61,881 nucleotides of DNA from a candidate division TM6 bacterium GW2011_GWF2_38_10 (GCA_000992305.1 LBTY01000008.1:889-62769), one strand, 5' to 3'; shown: positions 20,354-30,833, numbered from the stretch's first letter. The notes: generated by a model from the sequence alone, not told the origin. Translations and numbers: made by a program.

Positions 20354-21268
20354 ATGATTTATAAAGTTGCAATTATTGGATCAGGCCCCGCAGGACTTAC
20401 CGCTGGCATTTACATGGCTCGAGGAAAGTATTCCACAATTGTTCTTGAAGGGCCGATGCCCGGCGGACAACTCACCACAACCACCGCAGTTGAAAACTGG
20501 CCAGGATCTCTTTCAATTATGGGACAAGAACTCATGGAAAACATGAGAGCGCAAGCACAAAAAAATGGGTGTTTTATGCTCCAAGAATCGGCAACACAGG
20601 TTGATTTTTCCCAGCGTCCATTTACCATCACAACCGATGGCAACAAAACAATACAAGCAGAATCAGTCATTATTGCAACAGGATCACGCCACAAAAAACT
20701 TGGCTGCCCCGGCGAAGATGCCTACTGGGGAAGTGGTGTAGCGGTGTGCGCAACATGCGATGCTCCCTTCTATCAAAACAAAACCGTTGTGGTAGTGGGA
20801 GGCGGCAACTCAGCCATGGTCGAAGCTGACCACCTTGCGCACTTTGCCAACAAAGTTATTATTCTCAACCTCCTTGAAAACCTCACCGCAACAGATCCCA
20901 TTAAAGACAAAGTGCTTGCAAATCCAAAAATCGAAATAAAATACTCAACAAAACTTAATGAAATTAAAGGCGACAAACTTGGAGTTACGCATGTTATTCT
21001 TGAAAATACAATAACTCACGCAACAGCAGAACTCAAAACCGATGGCGTATTTGTTGCCATTGGCCTTATTCCAAATTCAGAGATTTTTAAAGACTCATTA
21101 AAAACCGATGCATACGGATACCTTGTAAGCCATGAAAACACCAAAACCACTATCCCAGGAGTTTTTGTAGCAGGCGAAATAGCTGATCATAAATATCGCC
21201 AAGCTGCAACATCAGCTGGACAAGGGTGCATGGCCGCACTCGACTGCCAAGCTTTTTTAAATACATAA
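20354..21268 (+). CDS. trxB: Thioredoxin reductase
   Basis: GSGPAG, GGQL, ENWPG, CATCD and GGGNSA motifs. Confidence 0.97.
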   Translation: MIYKVAIIGSGPAGLTAGIYMARGKYSTIVLEGPMPGGQLTTTTAVENWPGSLSIMGQELMENMRAQAQKNGCFMLQESATQVDFSQRPFTITTDGNKTIQAESVIIATGSRHKKLGCPGEDAYWGSGVAVCATCDAPFYQNKTVVVVGGGNSAMVEADHLAHFANKVIILNLLENLTATDPIKDKVLANPKIEIKYSTKLNEIKGDKLGVTHVILENTITHATAELKTDGVFVAIGLIPNSEIFKDSLKTDAYGYLVSHENTKTTIPGVFVAGEIADHKYRQAATSAGQGCMAALDCQAFLNT

Positions 21269-21271
21269 TGC

Positions 21272-21329
21272 TATTTTTTAACAAAGAGCCGCGGATGTTA
21301 TAACATCCGCGGCTCTTTGTTAAAAAATA
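21272..21329. terminator. 58-bp perfect palindrome, probable bidirectional terminator
   Basis: TATTTTTTAACAAAGAGCCGCGGATGTTA|TAACATCCGCGGCTCTTTGTTAAAAAATA between convergent genes. Confidence 0.75.
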
Positions 21330-21346
21330 ATTTTACATGTTATATG

Positions 21347-23272
21347 CTAATCAGCGCCAGCTATAAACTTAATAAATCCAAATCCTTGAGATAGCCCCCA
21401 CTTTGCTGTAGAAAGCCCAATATTAACCATTCTACTAGTAATAAACCCTCTTACAATGGAACTCCCGGCCATTAATAAACGTTGCTTTAAGGGCGCATCA
21501 GGATACATTAAATATCCTTCCATAAACGGAATCATATTTGTTAAAGGAAAAGAAAAATACCACGGCATAGCAGGTATCGACGACAAAGAAGGCCATAACG
21601 ATGTAATTTCATTAAAAATTCCTGACCAAGCCCATGAAGAAGCCGTACTCAATGCAACACTCATCCATGGCTCCCAACTACTAACCGCTTCACCAACATT
21701 TTCAACAGCCTGTTGATGTACATCAGCATCTGATACTATAACTTTTTGATTATCACCTTTTTCAACAACACTATTGCTTGGCAATCCGATTAATTTTGGC
21801 TCACCCAGATTATCTTGCTCATCTAAAAAAAGCGGTTCAGGTAACATAAGATCCTGAGCAACCCCAGGCGCTACATCATCATGATCTAAAGATTCCGTCA
21901 CAATATTTTCTATTTCATTCATATCAAAAGCTAGCGATTCTCCTTCAACTTCTAAATCTTGTTCTTGGCATAGGTTCTGATAATCATCCAAAGAAATTTT
22001 ATCAAGGCTTTTCGCCCATTTTTTATCAAGAATATGATCATTATCAACATCCTTACATGGATCACACGCTTTTTGTCCCATAGCTATTTTAAACTCAGCC
22101 TGAGCATAAGCACCACGCAACTTTTTCATTTTCTTATCATAAAAATATTCTATTAGATTCTTATTGGCTACAAAACCAGGTGCGTTTTTTTTCTTAAGAT
22201 CATCATAAAAATCATCAAATTTTTTAATTTTAAGGTTAATACAATGACGCTGCGCATACTCTTCTTCAAGCGTATTTCCAAAAAAAATGATTTTCACTAT
22301 CATAGCTTTTTGCAAAAGAACATTTTGCAAATTTTCTTCTTTTTTTCCGCTTACGGCACTTACCAATGCGCAAGTAACCTCATCAGCAATATCTTTTGTT
22401 ACAGCATTTAAAGAAATTGAACGCTCCGTGAGCCATGCATGCACAAAATCAACAGCGGCCTGGCTATCCATACATTCCCAAAAAGATCCACTTGCCATGA
22501 TCATAAACGCCTGATTTCCTGTAATATTCATTTGATTAACACAGGGCTCAGTTAATAATGCTGATTCTTTTTTTCCTAAACCCAAAAATCCTGTTGATCC
22601 TTTTTTATATGCCGCCAACCCAAATCCACGAGAAATAGAAACAAAATCACCACAAAAATTGTTAGCATTCCCAAGGAACACAAAACCTGGAATTTGTTTC
22701 ACCCTATAAAAAGATTCACCAGCCTGTTCGATTCGTGTACGCTCCTGAGGGAAATATATTTTATGATCCTGCGTAAGGTCACGCGCAATAAGGTTTAAAT
22801 TACCATTATCAACTTCCTGATCAAGATATGCAACAACCGCACGTGAGTCTCCAAGGTTTACCGTATACACCGCATTATCTTTAATGGCAGCAAAAAGCGC
22901 AGTCGCGCCAAATGCATCACCTTCTTGAATGTTTTTATTAATTTCCGTATCAATATCCAAAAATAATGTAGTAAAAAACTTTTGCATAGTGGTCAGAATA
23001 GTTTGCGGCGCCAACTCTTGTAAAAATAATTCACGCATCTTTACGTGGCACTGCCCTGCAATAGCCTCAGAAATTGAAGAATTATCAAAACCAACAACAG
23101 TATCAACCAATGAAAAAAGCGCAAGAGAATCTTCTTTCTGATCAAAGGAATAACTCATCGTTGGATTATTAAAGCCAGCACTTCCAACCGACAAGCCTAA
23201 ACAACTGTGGAAAAATAATAAACAAACAGAAAACAAGCTATAAAAACTCGTACGTTTCATGATAACCTCCAC
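21347..23272 (-). CDS. Exported PP2C (PPM)-like phosphatase-fold protein
   Basis: GATA, NLGDSRAV, LTQDHK, ERTRIEQAG and ISRGFG motifs; N-terminal signal peptide; hydrophobic C-terminus. Confidence 0.8.
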   Translation of the reverse strand: MEVIMKRTSFYSLFSVCLLFFHSCLGLSVGSAGFNNPTMSYSFDQKEDSLALFSLVDTVVGFDNSSISEAIAGQCHVKMRELFLQELAPQTILTTMQKFFTTLFLDIDTEINKNIQEGDAFGATALFAAIKDNAVYTVNLGDSRAVVAYLDQEVDNGNLNLIARDLTQDHKIYFPQERTRIEQAGESFYRVKQIPGFVFLGNANNFCGDFVSISRGFGLAAYKKGSTGFLGLGKKESALLTEPCVNQMNITGNQAFMIMASGSFWECMDSQAAVDFVHAWLTERSISLNAVTKDIADEVTCALVSAVSGKKEENLQNVLLQKAMIVKIIFFGNTLEEEYAQRHCINLKIKKFDDFYDDLKKKNAPGFVANKNLIEYFYDKKMKKLRGAYAQAEFKIAMGQKACDPCKDVDNDHILDKKWAKSLDKISLDDYQNLCQEQDLEVEGESLAFDMNEIENIVTESLDHDDVAPGVAQDLMLPEPLFLDEQDNLGEPKLIGLPSNSVVEKGDNQKVIVSDADVHQQAVENVGEAVSSWEPWMSVALSTASSWAWSGIFNEITSLWPSLSSIPAMPWYFSFPLTNMIPFMEGYLMYPDAPLKQRLLMAGSSIVRGFITSRMVNIGLSTAKWGLSQGFGFIKFIAGAD

Positions 23273-23367
23273 GCTATCACACGAAATTTATAATAAATAA
23301 CTAATCCATTTTAACAATAGTACCATGCACAGGCCAAACCATCAACCGCCCCACCTCTGGCAAACAT

Positions 23368-23412
23368 AAAAGAATACAGCCTGACATGTTAATGTGTCAG
23401 GCTGTATAAAAA
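23368..23412 (-). terminator. Terminator after WD40 paralog 4
   Basis: ATACAGCCTGACA-N8-TGTCAGGCTGTAT followed by TCTTTT on the minus strand. Confidence 0.7.
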
Positions 23413-23433
23413 ACTGTAAATAACAGATAATAA

Positions 23434-26400
23434 TTATCGATAAGAAACATTCCCCCGTACACAAACCTGCGTATCTCCCAACATGCAAACATCAACGCCT
23501 TGAGCCTCATCATCGATTCCTGCGTCAATACGAAGCGTGCTCGACATATCAATATTCGCTGGATCAAGTTTAACAAAACGATCTATAATGAGCACAGCTC
23601 CAGCTCCTCCTGCAAGTGGTGTATTTTGCGCTACGGCAAAAACAGCATTATCATAACGCCATGCAATATCTTGAACCGCAGCAGGTAATTGAAGTGAGGC
23701 ATGCTCCCGCAATGAATAATCCGCAGAATAAAATTCATACAATCGCGCATAGGAGTCACTCCCAACCGTAGCAAGCCAAAGACCCTCACCATCCCAGCGC
23801 GCACAGCTAAACGAACCGCTCACTGTTTTACGGTGAGTCAATACATTACCAACTTTATCATACTCGTAAATATAGAGCGTTGTTCCCTGTACGAACGCAA
23901 TAAATCGATCATCGTAACTCCATGAAACAGCCCCCATAGAAATCGCTGCACTTATAAAAGAATTCACTTCGGTCAACGTATTAAGAACCCGATTAAACTG
24001 ATAAATTTTAAACGGACGAGGACTTCCATCACCAGCTCTTCCTGTCACCGCAATATAATCTCCAGTATGTGACCATGCACAATCAGCAGGAAATAGATAC
24101 TCACCTTCCATAAACCGAACATGTGCAACAAGAGTAAACATATTCTCAGGAAGAGCCAAAGGATCAAAGGCATAAACACGCACATTTTGGTTTATAAGGC
24201 TCTCTGGCTCACCTGGAAATCGAATGGGGAAAATACCTGTTACAGCAAGATATGCTCCATCAGGCGACCACGATAATCCATTTACCGCAGGAATAGTATC
24301 ACGTACATACTGAGGTGAATTCCACATATCCCTAAAGCCAAATGACGTTAAGGGCTCTAACTGATCTCCATTACGCTGGTACACACGTACATCGTGTCTG
24401 CTATCTATAAATCCAGTCATTGTTTCATCGGGCCAAATACCAGCGGTAACGAGCGTTTGCCCATCTGGCGACCAACGCAATGCATAAACACCATAATTTT
24501 CACCTGAACTAGAAAAACGCACCTCATCCCTAAGAGAAATTGTTTGCGCTTGATCATCATAAGCATATAAAAAAATATGGCCAGCCGGATTACCAAGCGC
24601 TGCATGCACCATGCTTGCAGCTAGGTATTCTCCACTCATATTCCAATCAACACGCCAAGCTGGAAAAACAACGGGGAAATTATCATACGAATCACGGATA
24701 AGTAAGGAACGATCATCACGCAATGGCGTATTTATAGGCTGCCAAACAATAAGCGTTTTCGTATCATCTGCCGTAACTAAAACCTGACTATCCATACTCC
24801 ACGCCAAAGCTTTTGTGCTATTGAGCATATTAATTGGATGAGCTAATGTACGTAAAAACCCATTGCTATGGCTAAACAACTCAAGCTGCTCAGCGGATTT
24901 ACTACTTCCAACTGCAACAAAATTACCATCCCGTGAAAATGCTGCAGCATAGACCGTTCGTCCATCATCATACAATGACTGAGCCAATTGAATCTGAGCA
25001 ATCGAAAACTCATACATCCGCAATGCCCCTTGAACATCATCCGACCCAACAAGAAGGTATGAACAATCGGGCGACCAACTTACCGCATACACATGCGATA
25101 AAATACTTGTACTCGGCCCAATAGCTAAAGAACTCCCATCAAAAATAAATACACGAAGCTGGTTGGCTAGTGCATCCGACCCTATAGCAAGATATCGCCC
25201 GCATGACGACCACGCAATTGAAAAAATTTCACCATCAGCGTCTTGCGTTAATAATTGCGTTAATGTTTCTCCATTAAAGGTATAGATAATCAACTCTTGA
25301 TTGCTTGTACTACACCCGGCCGCAAGATGCCGACCATCACTTGACCACGTTACGGCATTTACCGATGATGCTCTATTGTTTGAATCTTTAAGCACAAGAC
25401 CATTTCCATTCCAATAATACACATACACATCGCCCCCAGCTGTTCCACAGGCAATATATTGCCCATCAAACGACCAGGATATGGACTTAACAACAGAACC
25501 AACAGATACATGTGCTATGAGGGTTAGGGATGCGCTCTCGCATTCATACACACGTAATTGCGTACTAACCGTCGCTGAACCAACTGCAACATAACGTCCA
25601 TCAGGAGAACATGCAACAGCACTTGGAGCATTACTAAATGTAACCGTGATAGTCTTTGAAAAATCGTTAACGATAGCGCCCGCACGATCAAAAAATAACT
25701 GTCCACACGTAAGATGCATTCCAGTAAACGTTGTTTGCAATGACGAACCATTCATAATAAGCGCCGCAGAATCATCGGCTAATGTAATAAGATCATCCCG
25801 CGCCGAAGATGGTGCATACGAAAAGGTTGTTCCATGATCAAACAAAACGGTTGATTGAGCCATGACACAACTTAGTGAGGGTGATGAATACACAAGTGCA
25901 TGATTCCCAGAAAAAACAACATCATTATGAAAAAACAAAGATCCACGATTAATTACCCAATCATCGCCAAGCACTATTGTTGCATTATCCAACGTTAATG
26001 ATGTAAGTGGAGAACAAAGAGAGATGGCTGGCGCCCCCGACATAGAATCCGCTATTTTTATGGTAATATTGCGCAGCGTCACCGATGTTTGATTATCAAG
26101 AAAAAGCTGCGCATGAGAAGCAAACTCAAGTGTATTACCCCCACCATCAATAACCATATCACCCTTTACATGCAACACCTGGTTTGCAGGAATAACAAGA
26201 TCCCCCGAAAGATGAATATTCTTACCATCGGATACTATATACCCACCGCTTGATAACGTTACATGTGAATCAAAAATTACATCGCGCTCAAGCTCAAGTT
26301 CTCCTGAAACACGAAAATCAATCCCCCCCGCAACGGTTATTTGCGATCCCATTATTGCGTTCGCCCCCGGTTCTATGGTAAAACCATTGCGAAGGGCAAC

Positions 26401-26541
26401 CGCGCCACGAACAAAATCGGCATTATGCAAAACATGGTGATCTTGCACGTAGTGAACAGTAGTTGTACCATCAATACTTGTTGCCATAAGCGACCGCAAC
26501 AAAACACCAATGGCCATAGCAACATATACACAATAATTCAT
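23434..26541 (-). CDS. Exported scaffold + double WD40 propeller protein (paralog 4)
   Basis: SIDGTT scaffold, roughly 14 WSxDG-type blades, C-terminal DV...V.VRGNVSY cap. Confidence 0.85.
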   Translation of the reverse strand: MNYCVYVAMAIGVLLRSLMATSIDGTTTVHYVQDHHVLHNADFVRGAVALRNGFTIEPGANAIMGSQITVAGGIDFRVSGELELERDVIFDSHVTLSSGGYIVSDGKNIHLSGDLVIPANQVLHVKGDMVIDGGGNTLEFASHAQLFLDNQTSVTLRNITIKIADSMSGAPAISLCSPLTSLTLDNATIVLGDDWVINRGSLFFHNDVVFSGNHALVYSSPSLSCVMAQSTVLFDHGTTFSYAPSSARDDLITLADDSAALIMNGSSLQTTFTGMHLTCGQLFFDRAGAIVNDFSKTITVTFSNAPSAVACSPDGRYVAVGSATVSTQLRVYECESASLTLIAHVSVGSVVKSISWSFDGQYIACGTAGGDVYVYYWNGNGLVLKDSNNRASSVNAVTWSSDGRHLAAGCSTSNQELIIYTFNGETLTQLLTQDADGEIFSIAWSSCGRYLAIGSDALANQLRVFIFDGSSLAIGPSTSILSHVYAVSWSPDCSYLLVGSDDVQGALRMYEFSIAQIQLAQSLYDDGRTVYAAAFSRDGNFVAVGSSKSAEQLELFSHSNGFLRTLAHPINMLNSTKALAWSMDSQVLVTADDTKTLIVWQPINTPLRDDRSLLIRDSYDNFPVVFPAWRVDWNMSGEYLAASMVHAALGNPAGHIFLYAYDDQAQTISLRDEVRFSSSGENYGVYALRWSPDGQTLVTAGIWPDETMTGFIDSRHDVRVYQRNGDQLEPLTSFGFRDMWNSPQYVRDTIPAVNGLSWSPDGAYLAVTGIFPIRFPGEPESLINQNVRVYAFDPLALPENMFTLVAHVRFMEGEYLFPADCAWSHTGDYIAVTGRAGDGSPRPFKIYQFNRVLNTLTEVNSFISAAISMGAVSWSYDDRFIAFVQGTTLYIYEYDKVGNVLTHRKTVSGSFSCARWDGEGLWLATVGSDSYARLYEFYSADYSLREHASLQLPAAVQDIAWRYDNAVFAVAQNTPLAGGAGAVLIIDRFVKLDPANIDMSSTLRIDAGIDDEAQGVDVCMLGDTQVCVRGNVSYR

Positions 26542-26555
26542 AAACTCTCCCTACT

Positions 26556-29500
26556 CTAATTACACACAACATTACCACGAATAGATACTTGCGCTCCTGC
26601 ATGCACCGCAACATCAAGCTGACCATCATTATGCGCTTGATCAGTTTTTAATACCAATGCAGCGTGATTATCACAATACCCAGGATCATTATCCTCATAT
26701 AGATCGTATAGCAATAATTGGGCCCCCGTAGTAAATATAACCGCCACAATCCGCCCATTGGGATGAAAAGAAGCACAAGTAGGGGCATCCCCAACCATCT
26801 GAACAATATGAGGTCTACCGTAATACCAGGATTCATAATTGTTGCTAGGCTTTGCTGGCATAACTTGATTTAATGCATTCATTTGATCAAGAGAACGAAT
26901 AATAAGAGCATTTTCCCCAGAGGTATCTGGCCGCTTATTTAATAAACTACCAAAATGGTATCCATCATGCGACCAAACTAAAGAAGTTGCAATAGGCGCC
27001 CCCCCGAAATCACTATATGCCGCCAAAGGAGCTAGCTGTTCGTTTTCCCACGTATAAATACGTACAACCGAATAATTCAAATAACCATTACCAAATGCAG
27101 GATCAGAACCCGTAGATTCCCCCGAAACATATCCACCAAAAGCAATATAACGCCCATCGTTACTCCATGCTATTGCCCGAATGGCTGGAGCATCTGTTTC
27201 TGACTGAGTTGTACGCGCATACGGCTTTGACGTAATTGCCGTAAGCGTATCGGCCTGCCGATCAAATTGATACATTCTAAACGCATCTTTGTTTCCTATT
27301 GGAAATCCAGCATTATATCGAGGAACCCCTCCTCCCATTGCAACATACTGCCCATCAGGCGACCATGCAACTGCATATACGGTTGTATTCAAACCCGTCA
27401 TACCACGCGATGCCACAACTGTAAGCGAGCTTCCCTCAAAAGAATAAACCTGTAAATCGGCTGGATAACTATCAAGCGTAACAGGACTCCTGCCAACAGC
27501 AGCAAGATACTGGTCATCGTACGACCAGTCAAGAGATTTTACCTGTCCACCATAATGTATAGAAGCTACAGGGCTTAACGTATGGTTTTCCAATACCTCA
27601 TAAACCCGACACGTATGGGTGTTAGAAAACCCACCAACAGCAGCAGCAGCTTGCCCACCGACTGCAAGATAGCGCCCACTATGCGACCATGATAGTGCAT
27701 GAACACCATCGTCAGCATTCGTTGAAGACGAATAATACACCGCATCCTGCAATGTTAAAGTATGTGTTTGATGATCATATGCATACACATAAACCTGTTC
27801 AATATTTTGCTGACCACACCCAACGGCCAGCAAGTTCCCATCGGGCGACCAAGCAACTGCACGACCAATAAGCGTTGCTCCATGGCCTTGCGTAGAACGT
27901 AACGTTACGGTATATGCATCATGCTCTGAACTATTAGTGCGCTTAAAAACACGTAAGCAGCCTAAAGAGTCCCCAACAAGCATGTATAACCCTGCAGCAT
28001 CCCAATGCACGGTATTAACCGTATTGCTTGTGGTTACAGGATATGTACCAAGGACAAACGAAGTAAGAAATAAACCCGCATTTTCATCAAAAGGAGTATG
28101 AATCGCATAAAGCGCATTTTGTGTATATCGATAACTTTTAATTTGCCCGCCTTGTTCATCACAGCCAACAGAAAAAGCTGACCCATCAGCATTCCATGAC
28201 AAGGAATACGCAACACCCCCGACATCAGCCGAGCAACACAATGAAAGGGGAGCAGCTAAATCTGAAAAATGATAACAATAAACGACATGATCATCACCCC
28301 CAACAACCACCACGCGCCCATCCGACGAAACATCAGCACTCAATAACCCAGCAGACAATGATGCAACCGCCGCAGTAGAAGCAAGCCCTGTTACCGAATC
28401 AAACTGCAACACCTGCACTTTATTGCCAACACCAGCATAATTACATGCAATAAAAATAACATCTTCGTTTGCTCCCCATACCACAGAAGAAACATCCCCT
28501 CCTGCATCAAAAAAACCACCTACTTGAACAAGAGCGGTTCCGGTAAAGCTATAAGCACTTACCTGCTGGGCATTATCCTTTGAACCAACAACAAGATATG
28601 TTCCATCTGGCGACCAAGACAATGAGGTTACCGCCGCACCAAGAACAACCGGTGTAATCGCAGCACTAAGGGCTGTTCCAGTAAACACATAAATACGCAG
28701 CGTCCCATTCTCCTGCCCTACGGCAAGATAACAACCATCAGCAGACCACACCAATGCGTTAACTGCCGATGTAATTGATACCGGCGTTATCACGGGAGTC
28801 ATCACTTCATCAACAATCGTCTCAATGTGCAATAATCCATTAGCCTGGCCTAATGCAACATAACGCCCACATGGCGACCACCGCGCAACCAAGACAGGCG
28901 ACTGGGTTGTTGTATTGTACACTTTATTACTTGCAATATCATTTTCTATAACTACTGGCCGAATATCATTCCACACGGTCCCTGCAGAAGCATCAAAAAG
29001 TACCGCATTATCGCAAAGGAGCGCACCACGAGAAATTTCCATCCCTGTAAACGTTGTTTTAAGGCTCGCACCATTGCACACCAACCGCGATGATGAATCT
29101 TTTAAGTAGAACAAATCGTTGGCTGCTGTTGCAGGGGCATAGGAAAAGGTTGTACCAAGATCAAAGATAAGCTTGCTTGACGCTGCAACATAACTTTGCA
29201 ATGGAGAGCGATACACCAGCGCCCCAACACCAGAGACAGCAACGTCATTATGAAAAAAAATATGACCATTATTACAATAAAAATCGCTTCCCAACGACAA
29301 AACAACATTATCAAAAGCAACCTTACTCGTCCCCCCACTCAAGGCAATAGCCGGAGAGCCAGGAGCCGTGAGGCCTGTTTTGATAACCATATTACGAAAT
29401 GTTACCGTTGCATGCGTATCAACAAATAATTGGGCAAAATCATCAAAATATAACGTATGCCCATTGCCATCAATAACCATATCGCCCATACAATGAACTA

Positions 29501-29864
29501 CATTACGTTCCGTCATATGCACGTCATTACCAAGGAGAATAGCTGCCCCTTCGGCAGCAATGGTTCCACGAGACGCAAACGAGGCATTACCCTGCATCAA
29601 AAGATCACGCTCAAGAATAATCTTTCCAGAGCGATTAAGTTGGATAGGCCCTTCAACCGCAAAATTAGTACCTAACGAAACACTCCCTGCTGCGGGGACT
29701 GAAAATCCTCCCCCCAAAAACACAAGTCCTCGTGCAAAATCCCCATTAGCAAATGCGTAGGATGTTGTTTTATGAATAACCTCAGAACGTCCATCAAGAC
29801 TTACCGCTCCGCCTGAGGAAAAAAAATTCAATGCAAAAACGCATGCTATCGCAAAACGCTTCAT
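26556..29864 (-). CDS. Exported scaffold + double WD40 propeller protein (paralog 5)
   Basis: Signal peptide MKRFAIACVFALNFFSSGGA, SLDG scaffold, many WSPDG blades, same C-terminal cap. Confidence 0.85.
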   Translation of the reverse strand: MKRFAIACVFALNFFSSGGAVSLDGRSEVIHKTTSYAFANGDFARGLVFLGGGFSVPAAGSVSLGTNFAVEGPIQLNRSGKIILERDLLMQGNASFASRGTIAAEGAAILLGNDVHMTERNVVHCMGDMVIDGNGHTLYFDDFAQLFVDTHATVTFRNMVIKTGLTAPGSPAIALSGGTSKVAFDNVVLSLGSDFYCNNGHIFFHNDVAVSGVGALVYRSPLQSYVAASSKLIFDLGTTFSYAPATAANDLFYLKDSSSRLVCNGASLKTTFTGMEISRGALLCDNAVLFDASAGTVWNDIRPVVIENDIASNKVYNTTTQSPVLVARWSPCGRYVALGQANGLLHIETIVDEVMTPVITPVSITSAVNALVWSADGCYLAVGQENGTLRIYVFTGTALSAAITPVVLGAAVTSLSWSPDGTYLVVGSKDNAQQVSAYSFTGTALVQVGGFFDAGGDVSSVVWGANEDVIFIACNYAGVGNKVQVLQFDSVTGLASTAAVASLSAGLLSADVSSDGRVVVVGGDDHVVYCYHFSDLAAPLSLCCSADVGGVAYSLSWNADGSAFSVGCDEQGGQIKSYRYTQNALYAIHTPFDENAGLFLTSFVLGTYPVTTSNTVNTVHWDAAGLYMLVGDSLGCLRVFKRTNSSEHDAYTVTLRSTQGHGATLIGRAVAWSPDGNLLAVGCGQQNIEQVYVYAYDHQTHTLTLQDAVYYSSSTNADDGVHALSWSHSGRYLAVGGQAAAAVGGFSNTHTCRVYEVLENHTLSPVASIHYGGQVKSLDWSYDDQYLAAVGRSPVTLDSYPADLQVYSFEGSSLTVVASRGMTGLNTTVYAVAWSPDGQYVAMGGGVPRYNAGFPIGNKDAFRMYQFDRQADTLTAITSKPYARTTQSETDAPAIRAIAWSNDGRYIAFGGYVSGESTGSDPAFGNGYLNYSVVRIYTWENEQLAPLAAYSDFGGAPIATSLVWSHDGYHFGSLLNKRPDTSGENALIIRSLDQMNALNQVMPAKPSNNYESWYYGRPHIVQMVGDAPTCASFHPNGRIVAVIFTTGAQLLLYDLYEDNDPGYCDNHAALVLKTDQAHNDGQLDVAVHAGAQVSIRGNVVCN

Positions 29865-29936
29865 ATCCTCTCTCCTTTGTAAAATATGGCACCGATAAAT
29901 TCACTATGAATACGTTTAGAATAACACAGAACAGTC

Positions 29937-30158
29937 TTAGCGCAATTTTATTTTTATACGCCACAATAACCGAGTTATAGGATTACATGACAAAAGACGA
30001 ATAACAATTAATGGCAGCGCACGATAAAGCGGCTTTCCTAAAAGCTGCTTCCGCGCATACTCACGACACGAAACAGGATAAATACAACACCCTGATGGGC
30101 CTAACAATGGGCGAACAATATCAATACAAGCAATAATAATTCGAGCTATGAGCTTCAC
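29937..30158 (-). CDS. yidD: Membrane protein insertion efficiency factor
   Basis: CIYPVSCREYA...RLLSCNP three-Cys pattern; lies directly downstream of rnpA. Confidence 0.85.
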   Translation of the reverse strand: MKLIARIIIACIDIVRPLLGPSGCCIYPVSCREYARKQLLGKPLYRALPLIVIRLLSCNPITRLLWRIKIKLR

Positions 30159-30192
30159 GCATCCCCCAGACTCAAAAAACCCTCCCCTCCAC

Positions 30193-30528
30193 CTAACAAC
30201 TCATTTTTTTTACCAAAAAGTCTTGCAATTCAGCAAATGATGTTTGAGCTGCCTGATGCCCAACAAGAGCAATCCAAACTCCAGGACTTTTATACAATGC
30301 CTGCTGATAAAAAATATTCTTGATCCGACGCCGAATAAGATTACGTACGTGAGCCTTGCCCGCTCGCCGTGGGGTAATAACAAGCAATTTGCCTTCAATA
30401 TGCGTATCACTAGAAGGATTTGCATGAAGTAACTTTATACCACAACCATAACACTTACGATCGATAGCTTTAAAAAGCATATCGACCTGGCTAGATGAAA
30501 AACGAAATAATTTTCTAAATGAAATCAT
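30193..30528 (-). CDS. rnpA: Ribonuclease P protein component
   Basis: GKAHVRNLIRRRIK (RNR-type motif); lies downstream of rpmH. Confidence 0.9.
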   Translation of the reverse strand: MISFRKLFRFSSSQVDMLFKAIDRKCYGCGIKLLHANPSSDTHIEGKLLVITPRRAGKAHVRNLIRRRIKNIFYQQALYKSPGVWIALVGHQAAQTSFAELQDFLVKKMSC

Positions 30529-30531
30529 AAT

Positions 30532-30560
30532 AAAAACCGCCGGGCTTTACTCCGGCGGTA
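30532..30560 (-). terminator. Terminator-like hairpin between rpmH and rnpA
   Basis: Minus strand ACCGCCGG-AGTAAAGC-CCGGCGGT-TTTT. Confidence 0.7.
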
Positions 30561-30565
30561 CATTT

Positions 30566-30700
30566 TTAGGCGCTTAAACGTTTGCGACCAACTGCCCTGC
30601 GGCGATTAATGGTCTTACGGCCCGCTTTAGTAGACATACGCTTTAAAAAGCCAAGTTTTCTTTTTCTACGTCTATTGCTTGGTTGATAGGTTACTGACAT
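30566..30700 (-). CDS. rpmH: 50S ribosomal protein L34 (below the ORF-track size cutoff)
   Basis: Manual translation [44 protein letters not shown]. Confidence 0.97.
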   Translation of the reverse strand: MSVTYQPSNRRRKRKLGFLKRMSTKAGRKTINRRRAVGRKRLSA

Positions 30701-30833
30701 GCTAAGCTCCCATGTATACATAATTTTTTGTTACATTCATTCAAAATTGAGAATTTATTCTATCGTAGAAAAAAACAGAAGGCAAGGGGTTTTTGCGTAG
30801 CCACCAAAAATCATACCATTTGCAAAAATCCCC

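Noticed and set aside
4979-29864. Diversity-generating retroelement or NLR/Avs-type defence system behind the WD40 genes
   Set aside because: No reverse transcriptase or template/variable repeat pair is visible. The WD40 proteins have signal peptides and are not fused to an NTPase.
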